The notes below the pieces were generated by a model. The model was not told the origin of the DNA. It made no database searches and saw only the letters and a program-made list of their open reading frames with translations. Shown piece after piece: positions 60,514 to 64,000 of a stretch of 64,000 nt of DNA. Source of the DNA: Terriglobia bacterium (lineage in GTDB: Bacteria; Acidobacteriota; Terriglobia; 20CM-2-55-15). The DNA lies in NCBI GenBank assembly GCA_965198225.1, contig CBDAOY010000005.1, positions 608,001 through 672,000 of the forward strand, written 5' to 3'. Positions within the stretch are counted from its first letter, which is position 1. Each line of letters begins with the position of its first letter. The translations under genes and the position numbers were made by a program.

Positions 60514-61290
60514 CTACTCCTCGACCGTTGACTCTTCAGCCGCCGGTGTCGACGCGTCGCTCGAGACCGGCTCGGTCATACGGTAGAACGGCTCCTCAAG
60601 GGACCCGTCTCTTTTGAGTTCCTCGGGTGTGCCGTCGAAAACCAGCCTCCCCTCGTTTACGAAGAGCACGCGATCGGCCACCGCATCGACCTCCTGGAGG
60701 ATGTGCGTCGAGATGAGGATCGTTTTTGTCAAACCCAATTCTTGAATGCTTTCCCGGAAGCCGCGGATCTGGTTCGGATCGAGCCCGACGGTCGGCTCGT
60801 CCATGATAAGGACCTCCGGGTCGTGAATCAGCGCCTGAGCCAGGCCGACCCGCTGCCGGTAGCCTTTCGAAAGCTTTCCGATCGGTTTTTCCAGGACTTC
60901 CTCGATGGCGTGTTTTTCCGTCACCCAGTCGATCCGGCTCTTCAATTCCTCTTCGGACAACCCCCGCGCCTCGCCGAAGAAACGCAGCAGTTCCAACGGC
61001 GTCATGTCCATGTAGAGGGGGCCATTCTCGGGCAGGTAACCCAACCGCCGCGATGCCTCGATCCGTTCGGCATGGATGTCGAATCCGCCGATGAAAGCGC
61101 GCCCCACCGTCGGGGCCATGAAACCCGTCAGAATCTTCATGGCGGTGGACTTACCGGCACCGTTCGGGCCTAGAAACGCAACGACCTGCCCCGTCGGAAT
61201 AGAGAACGAGATGTCTTCGATAGCCACGAATGGTCCGAAGTATTTGGAGATCCCCTGGGCTTCGATCATCACTGGCGACGTCGTTTCCAT
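60514..61290 (-). CDS. GldA-like ABC transporter ATP-binding protein
   Basis: GPNGAGKST, LSKGYRQRVGLAQA, DEPTVGLDPNQ, STHILQEV. Confidence 0.92.
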   Translation of the reverse strand: METTSPVMIEAQGISKYFGPFVAIEDISFSIPTGQVVAFLGPNGAGKSTAMKILTGFMAPTVGRAFIGGFDIHAERIEASRRLGYLPENGPLYMDMTPLELLRFFGEARGLSEEELKSRIDWVTEKHAIEEVLEKPIGKLSKGYRQRVGLAQALIHDPEVLIMDEPTVGLDPNQIRGFRESIQELGLTKTILISTHILQEVDAVADRVLFVNEGRLVFDGTPEELKRDGSLEEPFYRMTEPVSSDASTPAAEESTVEE

Positions 61291-61468
61291 AGTTCGATAC
61301 CCTTCGTTTCGCGCGCAAAAGTTTAGCCAAATTCGATCCGCTGACGCAACCCCCTGCCGGCGCTCCTTCGTCGGGCCGGATCTCCCGAGGCGGCCCTCGC
61401 CCGGCTTGACGGTCCCGGACGATGGGGCCTTGACAGTCGGATACTATAAGGCTTACTTTGTTGACATT

Positions 61469-61807
61469 ATGTCCGAAGCTGGCTCGAAGAATCTGCGGGA
61501 ATTCGAGATGGTGGTGTTGCTGGCGATCCTCCAGGAGGGGGAGGGCGCCTACGGCGTCACGATCAAGAAACAGATCGAGGCTCGAACCCGGCGCGAGCTG
61601 TCCCGGGGTTCCATTTACATCACGCTTGAACGTCTGGAACGGAAAGGCTATGTCCGCTCGTGGATGGGCGACCCGACCGCGGTTCGCGGCGGGCGCGCCA
61701 AACGCTTCTTCCGGCTCGAGCCGATCGGCGTTCAGGCACTCCGGCGGTCCCTCAATGATCTGTCTCAGATGCGGGAAGGACTCGAGCCCGTCTTGGAGGA
61801 TCTGTGA
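61469..61807 (+). CDS. PadR family transcriptional regulator
   Basis: EFEMVVLLAIL..GEGAYGVTI...GSIY.TL.RLE.KG.V.S....PTA.RGGRAKRFF. Confidence 0.92.
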   Translation: MSEAGSKNLREFEMVVLLAILQEGEGAYGVTIKKQIEARTRRELSRGSIYITLERLERKGYVRSWMGDPTAVRGGRAKRFFRLEPIGVQALRRSLNDLSQMREGLEPVLEDL

Positions 61808-61867
61808 GGGAGTGAAAGGCTCGGTTTTCGTCATCAGGGAGTCATTCGAGAACCGGAAGAAGGTGCG

Positions 61868-64000
61868 ATGCAGAACCTCGCGGGAGACTTGAAGTACGCG
61901 TTTCGGACGATGCTGCGCAGTAAGGGTTTTACTGCTGTTGCCGTCCTCACGCTGGCGATAGGTATCGGTGCGAATTCCGCTATATTTTCGATCGTCAACG
62001 CCGTCGTCCTGAAACCCCTGTCCTATGAGGACGCCGAACGGCTGGTGGTCGTTCGCCAGACACACCGGGTGCGCGGACCCGAGTCGGGATGGGTGTCCCC
62101 CCCGGACTACTTCGATTGGCGCGAGCAGAGCGTGTCGTTCGATGAGCTGGGTTTTTACTGGAGCCCGGAACTCGACATCACCGGCACGGCGGAGCCCGAA
62201 CGGCTGCGGGGCGCGATCGTCAGTTGGACGCTGTTCCCGCTGCTTCAGGTCTCGCCGACCCTGGGCCGTGGATTCACGGCCAGGGAAGACACGCCGGGCG
62301 GCGACCGAGTCGTCGCGATCTCCGACGGGCTCTGGCACCGCCGTTTTGGGGGCGACCCCGGGATCATCGGACAAACGATGACGATCGACGAGGTGGTCCG
62401 GACCGTGGTCGGTGTGATGCCGCCAGGCTTTGACTTTCCCTCGCGTGGCACCGAGGTGTGGTTGCCGGGTCGTTATTCTCCGACCCAATCCCCGAATCCG
62501 GCTTTCGATACCGCGGGGTACCGGGCCTTTCGGATACTGCACGTCGTGGGCAGGTTGAAAGCCGGCGTCAGCCCGACACAGGCGGCCGCCGATCTGCAGG
62601 CCGTGGCGGCTCGGCTGGAGCGGCAGTACCCGGAGAGTAACGACGGCTACTCGGCCGAGATCGTGCCCCTTCACGAGTTCCTGGTCGGAGACGTCCGCGT
62701 CGCGTTGCTCCTGCTGCTTGGTGCGGTGTCCTGCCTGTTGTTGATCGCGTCGGTGAATGTGGCCGGTATGCTGTTGGCACGTGGATCCGAGCGGCGCAGG
62801 GAGATCGCCGTTCGCGTCGCGATGGGCGCCGACATCCGGCGCATCGTAGCGCAACTGCTGTCTGAGAGCATGCTCCTGGCGCTGGTGGGAGGAGCCCTCG
62901 GCTGTGTGGTCGCGCTCTGGGCGATGCCCCTCTTTCTAACATTGGTGCCGGTTCCCATACCCCGACTGGAGCAAGTCGGGGTCGACATGTCGGTCCTGCT
63001 CTACACGTTGGCGGTCACGCTGTTGACGGGGATTTTCTTTGGCCTCGGGCCCGCACTCCAGGCGGCGCGGTCCGACCTCAACGAGACGCTCCGACAGGCG
63101 ACGAATCGGCTTGCCGGTGGTTCGAGCGCTGGATTCCGCCGGGTCCTTGTGGTCGGCGAGATGTCGCTGGCCATGGTTCTGCTGGTAAGCTCTGCGCTGC
63201 TGCTGGAGAGCTTCCGAGAGCTTCGGAGCGTCGAGCCGGGTTTCGAATCCGATGGGGTGCTTGTCGCCCGCGTGGAACTGCCGCGCGCCTACTTCGACCC
63301 GTCGCGCAGCGGGCCCTTCTTCGAACAGTTGCGGCAGCGGGTCGGCAGCTTGCCGGGCGTGCGTAACGCGAGCCTTTCCATCGGTGTCCCGCTCGAGGCC
63401 GAGGCCCACTTCCCTGTCGACCCGACGACCTTCAGCCTGGATAACGGCCCGGTGCTTCCGGCGGCAGAACGTCACTCTGCTCCGATCCATATTGTCAGTC
63501 CCGAGTTTTTCGAAACCATCGGGGTGCCGGTAGTGCGCGGGCGCGGTTTCGAACCGGGCGATGCTCTGGATGAACGAGCCGTCGCTGTGATCAACGAATC
63601 GATGGCCGAGCGATTCTTCCCCGGTGAAGATCCCATCGGCCGCCGGATCATCCACGACCTGGTAATCGTCCCGGGAGAGGTCAATTCCCGGGTCATCGTC
63701 GGGGTTGTGGGGGACGTCCGGCACTTCGGGGTGCACGAACCGGCCGGGGCCCAGATGTACGTGCCGCACCAGCAACGGGCGTGGCCGGCCATGGCGCTCT
63801 TCGTCCGGTCCGATTCCGATCCGCTAGCACTCGCCGGGTCGGTCCGCGAGTCGATCTGGGCGATGGATGGGTCGATCATCGTGCCGACGGTGACGAGCCT
63901 CGATGGCCTCGGTTCGCACCATTTCCTGACACCCCGGTTCCGGGCCCTGCTCACCGGTTCCTTCGCGACCGTTGCCTTGCTTCTGGCCGGAATCGGGCTG
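61868..64000 (+). CDS. Acidobacterial duplicated orphan permease (ADOP; MacB/FtsX-like), runs off the window end
   Basis: Manual translation MQNLAGDLKYAFRTMLRSKGFTAVAVLTLAIGIGANSAIFSIVNAVVLKPL..., LLIASVNVA, R.REIAVR.AMGA; downstream of PadR. Confidence 0.9.
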   Translation, partial: MQNLAGDLKYAFRTMLRSKGFTAVAVLTLAIGIGANSAIFSIVNAVVLKPLSYEDAERLVVVRQTHRVRGPESGWVSPPDYFDWREQSVSFDELGFYWSPELDITGTAEPERLRGAIVSWTLFPLLQVSPTLGRGFTAREDTPGGDRVVAISDGLWHRRFGGDPGIIGQTMTIDEVVRTVVGVMPPGFDFPSRGTEVWLPGRYSPTQSPNPAFDTAGYRAFRILHVVGRLKAGVSPTQAAADLQAVAARLERQYPESNDGYSAEIVPLHEFLVGDVRVALLLLLGAVSCLLLIASVNVAGMLLARGSERRREIAVRVAMGADIRRIVAQLLSESMLLALVGGALGCVVALWAMPLFLTLVPVPIPRLEQVGVDMSVLLYTLAVTLLTGIFFGLGPALQAARSDLNETLRQATNRLAGGSSAGFRRVLVVGEMSLAMVLLVSSALLLESFRELRSVEPGFESDGVLVARVELPRAYFDPSRSGPFFEQLRQRVGSLPGVRNASLSIGVPLEAEAHFPVDPTTFSLDNGPVLPAAERHSAPIHIVSPEFFETIGVPVVRGRGFEPGDALDERAVAVINESMAERFFPGEDPIGRRIIHDLVIVPGEVNSRVIVGVVGDVRHFGVHEPAGAQMYVPHQQRAWPAMALFVRSDSDPLALAGSVRESIWAMDGSIIVPTVTSLDGLGSHHFLTPRFRALLTGSFATVALLLAGIGL

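Overview
GC-rich bacterial DNA, probably Acidobacteriota: it has an ADOP-type permease with PadR, TolB/TPR Ser/Thr kinases, and LRR and NHL proteins of the kind common in host-associated marine lineages. Positions 1 to about 25 kb look like the right-hand part of a genomic island. This part holds a group II intron whose domain III is interrupted by an IS110/IS1111 element, a BCCT transporter and Rieske oxygenase, IS5, IS1182, IS3 and IS256 elements, an orphan Rhs C-terminus, toxin-antitoxin modules and a broken SF1 helicase-nuclease. It ends in three 3' fragments of tRNA-Leu(CAG). The remainder is mostly ordinary chromosome: ECF sigma plus kinase, typA, Fic, PQQ dehydrogenases, MOSC, tandem NHL genes, a GldAFG-like ABC system and PadR/ADOP, with CTAG-targeting MITEs and GTAG-type REPs scattered through it. 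Four observations stand out. (1) The IS1111 3' non-coding region contains guide-like segments matching both the intron domain III insertion site and the element's own ends, suggesting an RNA-guided parasite of group II introns. (2) A Nif11-leader RiPP precursor sits beside an HExxH protein and NHLP exporters, bracketed by inverted MITEs. (3) An NHL-repeat gene has an in-frame TGA exactly where its tandem paralog has Cys, a selenocysteine candidate. (4) The stacked tRNA-Leu att scars. All calls come from reading the sequence by eye; no database searches were run.
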